From an uncultured archaeon (GTDB taxonomy: Archaea > Nanobdellota > Nanobdellia > Woesearchaeales > CAIVOO01), in the NCBI GenBank assembly GCA_903904885.1, contig CAIVED010000012.1, positions 34,130 through 98,129 on the forward strand: a stretch of 64,000 bases of DNA, given 5' to 3'. The translations under genes and the position numbers were made by a program. The number at the start of each line of letters is the position of its first letter. Positions within the stretch are counted from its first letter, which is position 1. Under the pieces are notes generated by a model. That model was not told the DNA's origin and made no database searches. It saw nothing but the letters and a program-made list of their open reading frames with translations. Below, piece by piece: positions 1-9,649 of this stretch.

Positions 1-1065
1 CTGCCTGAATGTTTCTTTCAGCAAATCAAAAAGTGTTATTTCACCGTACTGGGTTCCGAGAATTGTCGGTATTCCGAATCCCTCTCTTGTGACCGCAGGA
101 AGCCAGTTGGAATGGGGCAGGTTCAGTTCCCTTGTGTCTTCAATTGAACATACCCTTGCCTCAGGCGGGATAAACTGGGCAATTGCATTCAGGAACGTTG
201 TTTTTCCTGAAGCAGTTTCACCTACAAACATGAGGTTTGCCTTGTTTTCCACAGAAAGCCACATGAAAGCCAGCGCCTCTGCAGTTACTGTCCCGAATGA
301 AAGAAGATGTATGGGTGTCCATGGCTCCTTTGTGAATTTTCGGATTGTGAACGTAGGGCCCCTCGTGGTAACATCCTCTGTGTAGGTTGCGTTAACTCTT
401 GAGCCGTCAGGCAATGCGCCGTCAAGCAGAGGCCTTGCATAGGAAACATATCTTCCTGCTTTCTGCGACAATTTTTCAACAAAATTAACAAGCTCTTCCC
501 GCTGCCTGAAAATTACATTTGTCCTCATGTTTGCGTATTTCCTGTGGACAATGTAAATTGGATAGCCGTCTCCGTTGCATTCCACATCTTCTATGAAATA
601 ATCGCGCATCATCGGCTCCACCTGGTTTAATCCTATGGAATCCCGTATGACATAGTAAAGCAGTTTCTCATAGGTCTCCTTTGAAACCTTTGTGCCGAGC
701 TCTGTGAGAATTGACTGGACATTCTGCTCAAGATACCTAATCAGCATAGTTATGTTTGTTGCCCTTACATAGGAAATGTTTATCATCTCCTCAAGCCCTG
801 CCTTTACAAGGTCAAGCAGCTCCTGCTCAGCGGGGCTGACCACCGGCTCCTCAATGAAATAAACAAGGTCCTTGCTCTCCTCATCCCAGAAAATGTGCGC
901 AAATGCAAAGGGGGGTATCAGCGGATAGCGGACATTTATTTTTGTCTTGTCATCTGAAGCAGGAAGGGTTATCAGCTTTGGCCTTAGGTCAAGATAGAAT
1001 GCCTCATATTCATCTTTTTCGTCTTTTGGCTCTGCCTTTGGGGCAGGAACAGCAGAATTTGCCAT
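1..1065 (-). CDS. Type IV pilus/archaellum assembly ATPase (FlaI/PilB/TadA, VirB11 superfamily). Partial: the C-terminus runs off the window start.
   Basis: Manual minus-strand translation gives MANSAVPAPK...VGETASGKTTFLNAIAQF (Walker A) ...CSIEDTRELNL (Asp box). The ORF is missing from the track because it is truncated at the window edge. The start ATG at 1065 is tentative. Confidence 0.7.
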   Translation of the reverse strand, partial: MANSAVPAPKAEPKDEKDEYEAFYLDLRPKLITLPASDDKTKINVRYPLIPPFAFAHIFWDEESKDLVYFIEEPVVSPAEQELLDLVKAGLEEMINISYVRATNITMLIRYLEQNVQSILTELGTKVSKETYEKLLYYVIRDSIGLNQVEPMMRDYFIEDVECNGDGYPIYIVHRKYANMRTNVIFRQREELVNFVEKLSQKAGRYVSYARPLLDGALPDGSRVNATYTEDVTTRGPTFTIRKFTKEPWTPIHLLSFGTVTAEALAFMWLSVENKANLMFVGETASGKTTFLNAIAQFIPPEARVCSIEDTRELNLPHSNWLPAVTREGFGIPTILGTQYGEITLFDLLKETFRQ

Positions 1066-1299
1066 GGGAGGCTTCGGGACAGCGATTTCACCGGGATTTA
1101 CAGCTGCCTCACCCCCTGTTTTTGCCTCTTTCTTGCCTATGAACGGAATAGCCACCAAATCCACCTCTTTTTGGGTCTTTAAATGAATGTTTTATTTATT
1201 AAGGTTGCGGTTTAAAGCGCCTGTTTAATTAGCCGTTAAACTGGGCATAGTGCCTGTAGAAACTCCAGGAGAAAAGCCACCATGCGCAAGTAATAATGC

Positions 1300-3087
1300 C
1301 TATTTAATATACCCGCCTTTCTGCAGTCCCCAGAGTTTCTTGTAAGTGCCTTCCCGGGCAATAAGCTGGGAATGGGTTCCCTGCTGGACAATCTTGCCCT
1401 TTTCCAGGACAATTATCCGGTCAGCCTGCATAATTGTTGAAAGCCTGTGGGCGATTATTATGGATGTCCTGCCTTCCATCAATTTCTGGAGGTCCTTCTG
1501 TATCTCATGCTCGGTCTGCGAATCCAGCGATGATGTTGCCTCGTCAAGCACAAGGATTTTCCTGTTGGCAAGTATTGCCCTGGCTATTGAAACCCTCTGC
1601 TTTTCGCCGCCGGAAAGCCTTACGCCCCTCTCGCCGACAATTGTCTTTTCCTTTTGCGGGAAGCTATCTATAATCTTGTCAAGCTGGGCGAATTTTATTG
1701 CGCGCCATACTTCGCCCCTTTCAGCATCCGGCTTTGAAAATGCAACGTTGTTGTAGATGGTGTCATCAAAGAGCAGGCATTCCTGCGGGACAATTGCCAT
1801 TTCGCTTCTGACAGACTCCTGCCTGAAATCCTTTATGTTTTTGCCGTCGATAAGTATCTCCCCTGATTCCACATCATAGAACCTGTAAAGCAGCTTAACT
1901 ATTGTGGTCTTGCCAGAGCCAGAATGGCCCACAAGGGCGATTTTTTTGTTGCTGGGAATTTTAAGGCTAAGATTCCTGAATATGCTTCTCTTGCCGTACC
2001 TGAAGCTGACATTCCTCAGTTCCAGCTCGCCTGTTTTTATTTTCAAATCAGGTGCATTTGGAATGTCTTTTATCTCATTTTTCACCTTGGCGTACCTGAA
2101 AAGTGTTTCAAAGTCAGCCATTGATGCATAGAAATTCCTTATTCCGTTGACAAATCCGAAAAGGTTCCCCACAAGGGCTCCGTTTACGCTGTATATGAAA
2201 ACCAGGGTGCCGAGGGTTATCCTGCCTGCCATGAAATCCAGCACTGAAAAATAAACCAGCAAAACCACGCTTGAAGAAAGTATAAGCGCCTGGCCTGCGT
2301 CCATCCACCGGAAATAGTTCCAGAAAGTCAAAAGCTTCTCCTTGCTTATCTGGCTGAGTTTCTTGTACCTTGCCTTGACATTCTCCTCCTTGCCGAAATA
2401 TTTTATTGAGTCTATGTTTGTCAGCATGTCTGCAATGTTTGCCTTTTCAACATCCTCTGCATTGTTCTGCTCTATGCTCGGCTTTTCCTGGGCACGCTGG
2501 ATAATGAGGCTATAGCTAAGGAATACCGCGGCCATAATGCCCGTGATAAGCGCAGGAATCCAACTGAATGCCAGAAGCGAAAATATTACTATGAAAAACT
2601 GCAGAAGCATCGGCGCAGCGTTGAATATGAACACATCAGTCATCCTCTCCACCGCCCTGCCAATCCTTATGAGCCTTGAGATAATGCTTCCAGTCTTGTG
2701 GGTTGTGAAAAAACCATGGTCCAGGTAAATAAGATGGTCGAAAAAGCTCCTTTTCATGTCAAACATCATTTCTGTTTCAAGCTTGTTCACATAGGTAAGC
2801 GAGAGGAATTTCAGGGCTGCCCTGGAGAGCGCGGAAATTCCATAGAGGATTCCCACCAAAATCAGCGCAGAGGCCAAAGCCTCCATAGCGATTTTGCCTG
2901 CTGCAAAATCAGTGCCGCTGTCCACAATCCGCTTAAAAAGATACCTCTCAAATATGTAGCTGCCCTCAACCACAAGGATTATTGCCAGGAGTATTATGGC
3001 CAGCCACTTGTACTTCTTAAGAAAACTGAAGTACAATCTAAGGTTGTAGCCGAAATCTATTTTTCCGTCAATTGGTCTTGTTCCCAT
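1300..3087 (-). CDS. ABC transporter, fused permease/ATPase (type I exporter, MsbA-like)
   Basis: 595 aa. N-terminal TM region, Walker A GHSGSGKTT, signature LSGGEKQRVSIARAIL, Walker B ILVLDEATSSLD. Confidence 0.85.
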   Translation of the reverse strand: MGTRPIDGKIDFGYNLRLYFSFLKKYKWLAIILLAIILVVEGSYIFERYLFKRIVDSGTDFAAGKIAMEALASALILVGILYGISALSRAALKFLSLTYVNKLETEMMFDMKRSFFDHLIYLDHGFFTTHKTGSIISRLIRIGRAVERMTDVFIFNAAPMLLQFFIVIFSLLAFSWIPALITGIMAAVFLSYSLIIQRAQEKPSIEQNNAEDVEKANIADMLTNIDSIKYFGKEENVKARYKKLSQISKEKLLTFWNYFRWMDAGQALILSSSVVLLVYFSVLDFMAGRITLGTLVFIYSVNGALVGNLFGFVNGIRNFYASMADFETLFRYAKVKNEIKDIPNAPDLKIKTGELELRNVSFRYGKRSIFRNLSLKIPSNKKIALVGHSGSGKTTIVKLLYRFYDVESGEILIDGKNIKDFRQESVRSEMAIVPQECLLFDDTIYNNVAFSKPDAERGEVWRAIKFAQLDKIIDSFPQKEKTIVGERGVRLSGGEKQRVSIARAILANRKILVLDEATSSLDSQTEHEIQKDLQKLMEGRTSIIIAHRLSTIMQADRIIVLEKGKIVQQGTHSQLIAREGTYKKLWGLQKGGYIK

Positions 3088-3344
3088 TTCCGTAAATTTT
3101 CCGTAAGTTTTTTATACTCGTTTATATTATATATTCTAAAAATGCCAAATCCTTCGCTTATCGGACCTCCTCCCCAGAACCCAAAGGCTGTTGAAGATGC
3201 TCCTGAGCGCGAAGAGGACGAAGAATAGGCCTCTCTTGTTTCTAGCAACTTTTGGAATGTTTATAAATTTATGGTAGAGTGAAGCGAGATTCTGGACAAA
3301 GCCGTAGAGCAAGCTTTTTAAAGATTAAAATAACAATAACCCCC

Positions 3345-3923
3345 ATGGCGAAATACCACATCTACATCTTCAGGCACGGCCAGACCTATTACAACCGGGA
3401 CAAGATGTTTACAGGGTGCAAGGATTCTAAATTGACGCCTAAAGGCAAAAAAGATGCCTTGAAAATCGCTCAAAAATTGAAGAACAAAAAGTTCCAGGTT
3501 GCTTACCAAACGCATCTTTCCCGCTCAAAAGACACGTTGAAACCAGTTTTAAAATACCATCCTGAATGCAGGAAAATTATAACCGATGACAGGATGCTGG
3601 AAAGATGCTACGGGAATTTTGAGGGGCTGCACCATTCCACAATAATCGCAAAATACGGAAAAGCAATGTTTGACAAATGGCACCGCGCCTATGATTTCCC
3701 GCCGCCAAAGGGCGAGTCTGTAAAAACAGTTGAGAAAAGAGTCAGAAGCTTCATCAAAGATTTGCTTGCTAAAATAAAAAAAGATAAAGTCAATGTTGCA
3801 ATCTCTGCCCACGGCAATTCAATGAGGCCATTCAGGAGATACTTTGAAAAGCTGACAATAAAGCAGATGATGAAGCTTGAAAATCCATGGGACGATTATT
3901 TTGAGTATGTGGTTGATTTCTGA
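3345..3923 (+). CDS. Histidine phosphatase (phosphoglycerate mutase family)
   Basis: MAKYHIYIFRHGQTYYN (RHG motif) and a downstream SAHGNS second His. Start moved to the internal Met of ORF 3279..3923. Confidence 0.7.
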   Translation: MAKYHIYIFRHGQTYYNRDKMFTGCKDSKLTPKGKKDALKIAQKLKNKKFQVAYQTHLSRSKDTLKPVLKYHPECRKIITDDRMLERCYGNFEGLHHSTIIAKYGKAMFDKWHRAYDFPPPKGESVKTVEKRVRSFIKDLLAKIKKDKVNVAISAHGNSMRPFRRYFEKLTIKQMMKLENPWDDYFEYVVDF

Positions 3924-4198
3924 TCTCTTTTTATATCTTTTAAAATCTTCTCCGCCTCTTTTGTCATATTTCTACCTAATTTGGTTATGTTATAAAATCT
4001 GAATCTTCTTTCGTTTGGATTTTTACAGACTATTAATTTCTTATCTAATAACTCTTTTAATGTTCTGCTGACATGAGATTCATACATTTTAGTTCGTCGC
4101 ATTATTTGTGCGGGCGTTAGTGTCTCTTTTACTAAAAAAAGCAGAACTTCTCTCCTGTTCTTTGCCCTTAAAATGTATGAAAGCAGATTCGCATCCAT
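3896..4198 (-). CDS. Winged-helix transcriptional regulator (ArsR/MarR-like)
   Basis: 100 aa. The wHTH pattern ...LTPAQIMRRTKMYESHVSRTLKELLDKKLI is visible in the translation. Confidence 0.55.
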   Translation of the reverse strand: MDANLLSYILRAKNRREVLLFLVKETLTPAQIMRRTKMYESHVSRTLKELLDKKLIVCKNPNERRFRFYNITKLGRNMTKEAEKILKDIKRDQKSTTYSK

Positions 4199-4336
4199 TT
4201 ACTAAATTGGTATCTGAGAATATAAGTACTATTATTACCATTTGACTTACCAAAATATTTATAAAGGAGGGTTATTTAATTAGTTAAACACGGGAATCAC
4301 GATAACATACTAAAAGTAATATTTCAATAAGGGTAT

Positions 4337-4831
4337 ATGATGAAACTAAATCTTGGAGCAGGAAAACAGATTTTAGAAGGATATGTGAATCTTGACCTCG
4401 TAAAAGCAAGAGGCATAGATACTGTATGGAACGCCAATAGAATCCCGTATCCGTTCCCAAAAAGCCATTTTGATGAAATATTCTGCAATCATATACTGGA
4501 GCATGTTGATTATCTGCCTTCAGTGATGAAAGAACTGTGGAGAATAAGCAAACCAAAAGCAAAAATCATTATAAAAGCCCCTTATTTTGCATGCTCGGGG
4601 GCCTTCAACAACCCCGAACACAAGAGTTTTTTAACTTACAAGACATTTGATTATCTGCAGAAATACTGGGGAACATTCAGAATCATTAAAAAGCGCATCT
4701 TATTCACTCCTTACGGCTTTTTCAAAATTTTAAATCCATTATTCAATATTTTCCCCGATTTTTACGAAAGATTTTTATGCTTCATTATTCCCTGCTCAGA
4801 GATTTATTATGAACTAGAAGTTATAAAATGA
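4337..4831 (+). CDS. Class I SAM-dependent methyltransferase (Methyltransf_11-like)
   Basis: LNLGAG glycine-rich motif I, HILEHV motif, 164 aa. Confidence 0.6.
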   Translation: MMKLNLGAGKQILEGYVNLDLVKARGIDTVWNANRIPYPFPKSHFDEIFCNHILEHVDYLPSVMKELWRISKPKAKIIIKAPYFACSGAFNNPEHKSFLTYKTFDYLQKYWGTFRIIKKRILFTPYGFFKILNPLFNIFPDFYERFLCFIIPCSEIYYELEVIK

Positions 4832-4959
4832 AAGAAAAAGCAATAGATGAACTTAAGAAATATTTCGGGAAATCAAAAACAAAGACGACTCATAATGAAG
4901 AGAGAAAGATAAGGGAATCTGTCGGAAAGAAATTTGCCAAAAAGTTTGGGGTTTCGTAA
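4828..4959 (+). CDS. Small basic hypothetical protein (43 aa), ATGA-overlapped with the upstream methyltransferase
   Basis: Translation is MKEKAIDELKKYFGKSKTKTTHNEERKIRESVGKKFAKKFGVS. Only ORF coupling supports it. Confidence 0.25.
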   Translation: MKEKAIDELKKYFGKSKTKTTHNEERKIRESVGKKFAKKFGVS

Positions 4960-4968
4960 GTTTATAGC

Positions 4969-5159
4969 AAAATCCCGTTTTCTGGTTCTTGCATTATGAT
5001 TAAAGTTGCTTCGGCTTCTTCTGCTCAAGTGCCATGCAAGAAAACATCATTACTTGACGAGCGCAGAGAAGCGAGTCAAGTTAGGCAGTTCTGGCAATTC
5101 AGGCGAACAGTCAACGCAATATGCCCCAAATAAGAACTGCCAAATAAAAATTATTTTTT
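4969..5159 (+). repeat. Repeat element copy A (forward orientation) of a 6-copy family
   Basis: AAAATCCCGTTTTCTGGTTCTTGCATTA ... GCTTCTTCTGCTCAAGTGCCATGCAAGAAA ... hairpin ACTTGAC-GAGCGCAGAGAAGC-GAGTCAAGT ... CTGGCAATTCAGGCG ... TAAGAACTGCCAAATAAAAATTATTTTTT. Confidence 0.8.
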
Positions 5160-5190
5160 GTTAACAAAATAAAAGATAAAAAAGAAACAA

Positions 5191-7368
5191 TTACTGATTC
5201 TCCGTCAGCCCTTTTCTTGTCCTGATTTGCCCGACTATCTTCATCTGCTGGTCTTCAGGAAGCTTCTCGAATGTCTGGTCTACCACAAAGAAAACGCCTC
5301 TTCCTTCAGTGGCCGAACGCAAATCAGACGACAGCCCGAACATCTCTGCGACAGGCATCTTTGCTTTTACAACAACAGTTTCACCTTCCTGCTGCATGTC
5401 CATTAGCTGCCCTCTCTTGTTCTGGACAAGCTTGGAAATGTCGCCCATCTTGTCAACAGGGGCTTCTATCTGCAATGTCTGAACAGGCTCGAACATCATA
5501 GGCGCTGCCATTCTCATTGCATCTCTGATTCCGTCCCTTACCGCAGGCAAAACCTGCGCCGGTCCTCTGTGGATTGCATCTTCGTGCAGTTTAATATCCA
5601 TAAGATAAACCTTGACCCTGGTGCATGGCTCCCTTGCAAGAGGGCCGTGCATCATCACATCCTCAAATGCATCCATTACCATTTCAATTACTTCCCCGAT
5701 ATGGACCTCTCCCTTGGTCATATCAAGAAGCATGTTGCCGTTGAATATCATCCTGACCTGCCTTGATTCCTTGTTTGACATGCCATTTCTTTCAAGGGCC
5801 TGCCAAAGCTCATTGTCTTTTTTCTTTACTTTTATGTCGGAGATTTCTCCGCTCTTGATTGCATCCGCAACTCCCTGCTCAACAGGGCAGGCTAGGAAAT
5901 AGAACTTGTTGTGCTTGTTTGGGGACTTGCCCTCTGATTCCTGGGCACTCTTTTTTACGATGGCCTCCCTGTAAACAACAAGAGGCGGGCTTGTGGTTAC
6001 CTCAACGCCCTTTTCTGTCCTGATTCTGTTTTCAATGACTTCCAGATGCAGTTCTCCCATTCCGTGCATCAGGTGCTCTCCTGTCTCTTCGTTAATTTCA
6101 ATTTTTATTGTAGGATCTTCCTTGTGAACCATTCTCAAAACTTCAACAAGCTTCGGTAGGTCCTGGGGCTTCTTTGCCTCAATGGCTTTTGTGACAACCG
6201 GCTCAAAAATGTGGGTAATCTGCTCGAATGGCGTCAGTGGCCCTATTGAAACTGTCTCACCGGGCATTCCATATTTCAGGCCCACAACGCCGATAATGTT
6301 TCCAGAAGATGCTGCGTCTATCAGCTCTCTTTTTGCGCCGTTATAGACCGAAACCTGCTGGACTCTTACCGACTGCTTTGCCATGTTAAGGTAAACAGTG
6401 TCTCCTTTTTTTATTGTTCCTGAGAACATTCTTCCTGCGCATACCTCGCCTGCATGCGGGTCCATGACAATTTTTGTTATTACAAATGCAAGAGGGCCGT
6501 TTTCATCGCAGTTAAGCAATGATTTTCCCTCAGTGCTTTCCAAATCCCCTCTCCAGATTTTTGGAATCCTGTATTTCTGCGCCTGGACAGGCGTTGGATG
6601 ATGCTTTATTGACATGTCCAAAATTACCTTATGCAAAGGCGCTTTTTTTGAAAGCTCTTTTATCCTTGTGTCATCCTGCGACTGGTAGGCGTCAATTATA
6701 TCCTTGAATGTTATGTTGTTTTTCTTCATGTAGGGAACAGACAAAGCCCACTTGGCGAATGCGGAGCCAAATGCAACGCTTCCGTCCTCAACCTTTACCT
6801 TCCATTTTTCCTTGAATTCCGGCTCTGCAATCTGCTCAATCAGCTTGTTAACATGGGCAATTATTTTCATGAAACGCTCCTGCATCGCCTCGGGCGTAAG
6901 CTGAAGCTCCTTGATTAACCGGTCAACCTTGTTTATGAAAAGGCATGGCTTGACCCTTTCTCTTAGCGCCTGCCTGAGAACTGTTTCTGTCTGCGGCATG
7001 CATCCTTCTACAGCGCAGGCCAGGACAATCGTCCCGTCAATGGCTCTCATAGCTCTTGTAACGTCCCCGCCGAAATCAACGTGGCCAGGAGTGTCAATAA
7101 GGTTGACAAGATATTCTTTCCCTTCGTTTTCATGGACCATTGATACATTTGCAGCATCAATAGTAATGCCTCTCGTCATCTCGTCCTCATGAAAATCAAG
7201 AACGCAGGCCTTTCCCGCAAGCTCTTCGGACATCATTCCTGCGCCTGCAAGAAGATTGTCCGAGAAAGTGGTCTTTCCGTGGTCAATGTGAGCAGAGGTG
7301 CAGATATTCCTGATATGCTCCTTGTCCCTCATCAATCTTATAACCTTATCAACCATCTTTTCTGCCAT
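5191..7368 (-). CDS. fusA: Translation elongation factor 2 (aEF-2)
   Basis: 725 aa. HIDHGKTT G-domain and the diphthamide-site motif DAIHRGPAQ. Confidence 0.95.
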   Translation of the reverse strand: MAEKMVDKVIRLMRDKEHIRNICTSAHIDHGKTTFSDNLLAGAGMMSEELAGKACVLDFHEDEMTRGITIDAANVSMVHENEGKEYLVNLIDTPGHVDFGGDVTRAMRAIDGTIVLACAVEGCMPQTETVLRQALRERVKPCLFINKVDRLIKELQLTPEAMQERFMKIIAHVNKLIEQIAEPEFKEKWKVKVEDGSVAFGSAFAKWALSVPYMKKNNITFKDIIDAYQSQDDTRIKELSKKAPLHKVILDMSIKHHPTPVQAQKYRIPKIWRGDLESTEGKSLLNCDENGPLAFVITKIVMDPHAGEVCAGRMFSGTIKKGDTVYLNMAKQSVRVQQVSVYNGAKRELIDAASSGNIIGVVGLKYGMPGETVSIGPLTPFEQITHIFEPVVTKAIEAKKPQDLPKLVEVLRMVHKEDPTIKIEINEETGEHLMHGMGELHLEVIENRIRTEKGVEVTTSPPLVVYREAIVKKSAQESEGKSPNKHNKFYFLACPVEQGVADAIKSGEISDIKVKKKDNELWQALERNGMSNKESRQVRMIFNGNMLLDMTKGEVHIGEVIEMVMDAFEDVMMHGPLAREPCTRVKVYLMDIKLHEDAIHRGPAQVLPAVRDGIRDAMRMAAPMMFEPVQTLQIEAPVDKMGDISKLVQNKRGQLMDMQQEGETVVVKAKMPVAEMFGLSSDLRSATEGRGVFFVVDQTFEKLPEDQQMKIVGQIRTRKGLTENQ

Positions 7369-7370
7369 AG

Positions 7371-8027
7371 TTATTTACCTCGCAATTTGTCAAGCACCTT
7401 TTTGCAATCGTCTATTACGTGAAAATTTGGATGGTTCACATCCAAATTTGCATCAATTTCAGCCAGCAAGCCCTTTTTCCTGTAAAACTCAATCACCGGC
7501 CTGGTTTCATCATTGTAAATTTTCAGCCTTTTTTTAAATACTTCCATCTTGTCATCGTCTCTCTGATAAACCTCGCCGCCGCACTTGTCGCAGACGCCCT
7601 CAACCTTTGGGATAATATTTGTCAAATGGTAAATCGCTCCACAGCCTCTGCAGGTCCTCCTCCCGGTGGCTCTTCTAATGAGGGTTTCCTCATCAGCAAT
7701 GAAGTTTAACGCAACATCAATTGATGCGATTCCTTCAAGCGCCTCTGCCTGGGCGACTGTTCTTGGGAAGCCGTCAAGGAAAAATCCGTCTCTGCAGTCA
7801 TCTTCCTTCAATCTTTGCCTGAGCATACTTGTGGTGATTGCGTCAGGCACAAGTTTTCCTGCATCAATGTATGCTTTTGCCTCAACTCCAAGATCAGTAT
7901 TATTTCTTATATTTGCTCTAAATAGGTCTCCTGTGGAGATATGCGGTATTTTGTAAATATCTTTCAAATATCTTGATGCATAGGTTCCCTTTCCTGTGTT
8001 AGGCGCTCCTAAAAGCACGACCTTCAT
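7371..8027 (-). CDS. adk: Adenylate kinase, long form with zinc-binding LID
   Basis: GAPNTGKGT P-loop. CRGCG...CDKCGG Cys4 LID. Confidence 0.9.
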   Translation of the reverse strand: MKVVLLGAPNTGKGTYASRYLKDIYKIPHISTGDLFRANIRNNTDLGVEAKAYIDAGKLVPDAITTSMLRQRLKEDDCRDGFFLDGFPRTVAQAEALEGIASIDVALNFIADEETLIRRATGRRTCRGCGAIYHLTNIIPKVEGVCDKCGGEVYQRDDDKMEVFKKRLKIYNDETRPVIEFYRKKGLLAEIDANLDVNHPNFHVIDDCKKVLDKLRGK

Positions 8028-8596
8028 TCCAAGCTCCCTGTTCTGTAATGGATTTTATCTTCAGGTTTTTCATATGCATGAATTTCATCTGGCTTGAACC
8101 AGATTTTTATTTCTTTTTCAGCATCCTTCAGGTCTCCGCTTGCATGTATTATTGTAAGTATTGGCCTGTCTGAAACATTTGCAAGTGCATAGGTGTCATG
8201 GGAATAATCACCCCTTATTGTTCCGGGAAGGGCCTCCTCAACATTAGTGGGGCCACATATTTTCCTCACGACATTTACCGCATTGTGGCCTTCAAGCACC
8301 ATTGCGACAATGGGCATCAGCATCATGTCATTGACAAGTGCGTTAACAATTTCCTTTCCTGCCTTTTTTTTATCATAATTTGCAGGGTAGCCCTTGTTCT
8401 TTATTATGCCCTCCCCCTTTCTTATCAGCCACTCGTCATCCTTGTAGTAATGGTCCTCGAGCTGTTTCTTAGTTGCAAATAACATTTTCATTGCAACAAT
8501 TTTAAGGCCGACTTTTTCGAATCTGGCGATTATTTCTCCGACAATTCCCCTGCCTACCGCATCCGGCTTCAGCAAGACAAGCGTCCTTTCCCTCAT
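8024..8596 (-). CDS. ndk: Nucleoside diphosphate kinase, with an internal insertion of about 40 aa
   Basis: [10 protein letters not shown]...[22 protein letters not shown] (catalytic His). 190 aa versus a typical ~150. Confidence 0.85.
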   Translation of the reverse strand: MRERTLVLLKPDAVGRGIVGEIIARFEKVGLKIVAMKMLFATKKQLEDHYYKDDEWLIRKGEGIIKNKGYPANYDKKKAGKEIVNALVNDMMLMPIVAMVLEGHNAVNVVRKICGPTNVEEALPGTIRGDYSHDTYALANVSDRPILTIIHASGDLKDAEKEIKIWFKPDEIHAYEKPEDKIHYRTGSLE

Positions 8597-8781
8597 TTCT
8601 TCACACCTGACTTTATCTTAACCGCTTCGTCTGTCCATTTGACTTTTCTTGGAATCCTGCCAAGCTTGAACCGGTTCTTCTCGCATTTTGACGAGCAGAA
8701 ATAAAAAATCTTGCCGTCGTTCTGAACAAACATCATGCCTGTTCCCTTTTCAATGTCATTACCGCAAAAGCTGCATTTCAT
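8593..8781 (-). CDS. rpl24e: Ribosomal protein L24e
   Basis: [19 protein letters not shown]...FCSSKC zinc ribbon, 62 aa. Confidence 0.9.
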   Translation of the reverse strand: MKCSFCGNDIEKGTGMMFVQNDGKIFYFCSSKCEKNRFKLGRIPRKVKWTDEAVKIKSGVKK

Positions 8782-8785
8782 TTTT

Positions 8786-9094
8786 TCACCTTCTGCCTGT
8801 CCTGTTCAAAGGCCTTGCCTCGATTTCAGTCTCTCTCAGCATCAAAATATCGCCGACCCTTACCGGACCCTTGCAGTTTCTCCTGATGACCTTGTTGGCA
8901 TCCCTGCCCTCAAGAATCTTGACACGCACCTGTATGGCTTCCCCTCGCATTCCTGTCCTTCCGACAATTTCCTCAACCCTTGAGGGGAATGCGCCTGTGA
9001 AAGTTACAAAGCCCTTTGCCTGGGGCTCATCCTTCTTCTGCTGAGCGCCCTCCTTTCTCGGGGCTTCCTTTTTCTGCTGTTTGTCTTCTGCCAT
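8786..9094 (-). CDS. rps28e: Ribosomal protein S28e
   Basis: [19 protein letters not shown]...[25 protein letters not shown]. Confidence 0.9.
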   Translation of the reverse strand: MAEDKQQKKEAPRKEGAQQKKDEPQAKGFVTFTGAFPSRVEEIVGRTGMRGEAIQVRVKILEGRDANKVIRRNCKGPVRVGDILMLRETEIEARPLNRTGRR

Positions 9095-9095
9095 T

Positions 9096-9443
9096 TTAGA
9101 CCTTCAAATTTGCTTTGATTTCCTTGATTAGGTTCTTTGCATCTCCTTCCTTGACAATTGCAACGCTTGCGGTCGGAACGCCGATTCCAGCGGACACGCC
9201 CAGCTCTTCCTTTGTTGGGACTTCAACGCAGGGAATTCCCTTTTCCTTGCACAAAACAGGAAGATGCATAACAATTTCCGGAGGGCTTGCGTCCTTTGCT
9301 ATTGCAACAAGAATTGCCTGGCCTTTCTCCACGCTTTTGGTAACCTCATTTGTACCCTTTCTCAGTTTTCCTGATTTCTTTGCAACTTCAATTGCCTCGT
9401 AAACCTTTTCTGAAACTTCTTTCGGCACTTCTGTTCCTGCCAT
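9096..9443 (-). CDS. rpl7ae: Ribosomal protein L7Ae (K-turn binding)
   Basis: [50 protein letters not shown]. Sits in the conserved L7Ae-S28e-L24e-ndk arrangement. Confidence 0.9.
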   Translation of the reverse strand: MAGTEVPKEVSEKVYEAIEVAKKSGKLRKGTNEVTKSVEKGQAILVAIAKDASPPEIVMHLPVLCKEKGIPCVEVPTKEELGVSAGIGVPTASVAIVKEGDAKNLIKEIKANLKV

Positions 9444-9603
9444 TTTGCACCTCGCAACTGGTTTTTATCAATTATGAGAATTTTACAATCCTCATTCGGG
9501 CTTTTCAGCCGTCATAAATCATCGGTTATCATGAAGAGAAAAGAGGTGGTTTATAAAGGTTTTGGACAGTTTTCAACTACTGGAAATAATTAATTAGTCA
9601 CCC

Positions 9604-9636
9604 AATAGTGGTTAAAAAATAGAAAGATTTAAAAAG
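9604..9636 (+). promoter_or_regulatory. Extended promoter motif copy 1 (upstream element + BRE/TATA)
   Basis: CCCAATAGTGGTTAAAAAATAGAAAGATTTAAAAAG, about 15 nt upstream of the 9650 start codon. Confidence 0.5.
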
Positions 9637-9649
9637 ATGGGTTAAAACT

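Noticed and set aside
89-1142. Plus-strand ORFs 89..385 and 903..1142, and minus-strand ORF 285..491
   Set aside because: They lie inside or antisense to the FlaI-type ATPase gene reconstructed on the minus strand. No motifs are present.
3279-3344. N-terminal 22 codons of ORF 3279..3923
   Set aside because: MKRDSGQSRRASFLKIKITITP precedes the conserved histidine-phosphatase N-terminus MAKYHIYIFRHG. The start was moved to 3345.
4969-5159. Interpreting the repeat elements as promoters or terminators of the adjacent genes only
   Set aside because: Orientation and position relative to the neighbours are inconsistent (convergent, tandem and divergent contexts). The conserved ~200-nt architecture with an internal covarying hairpin is far larger than an archaeal promoter or terminator.
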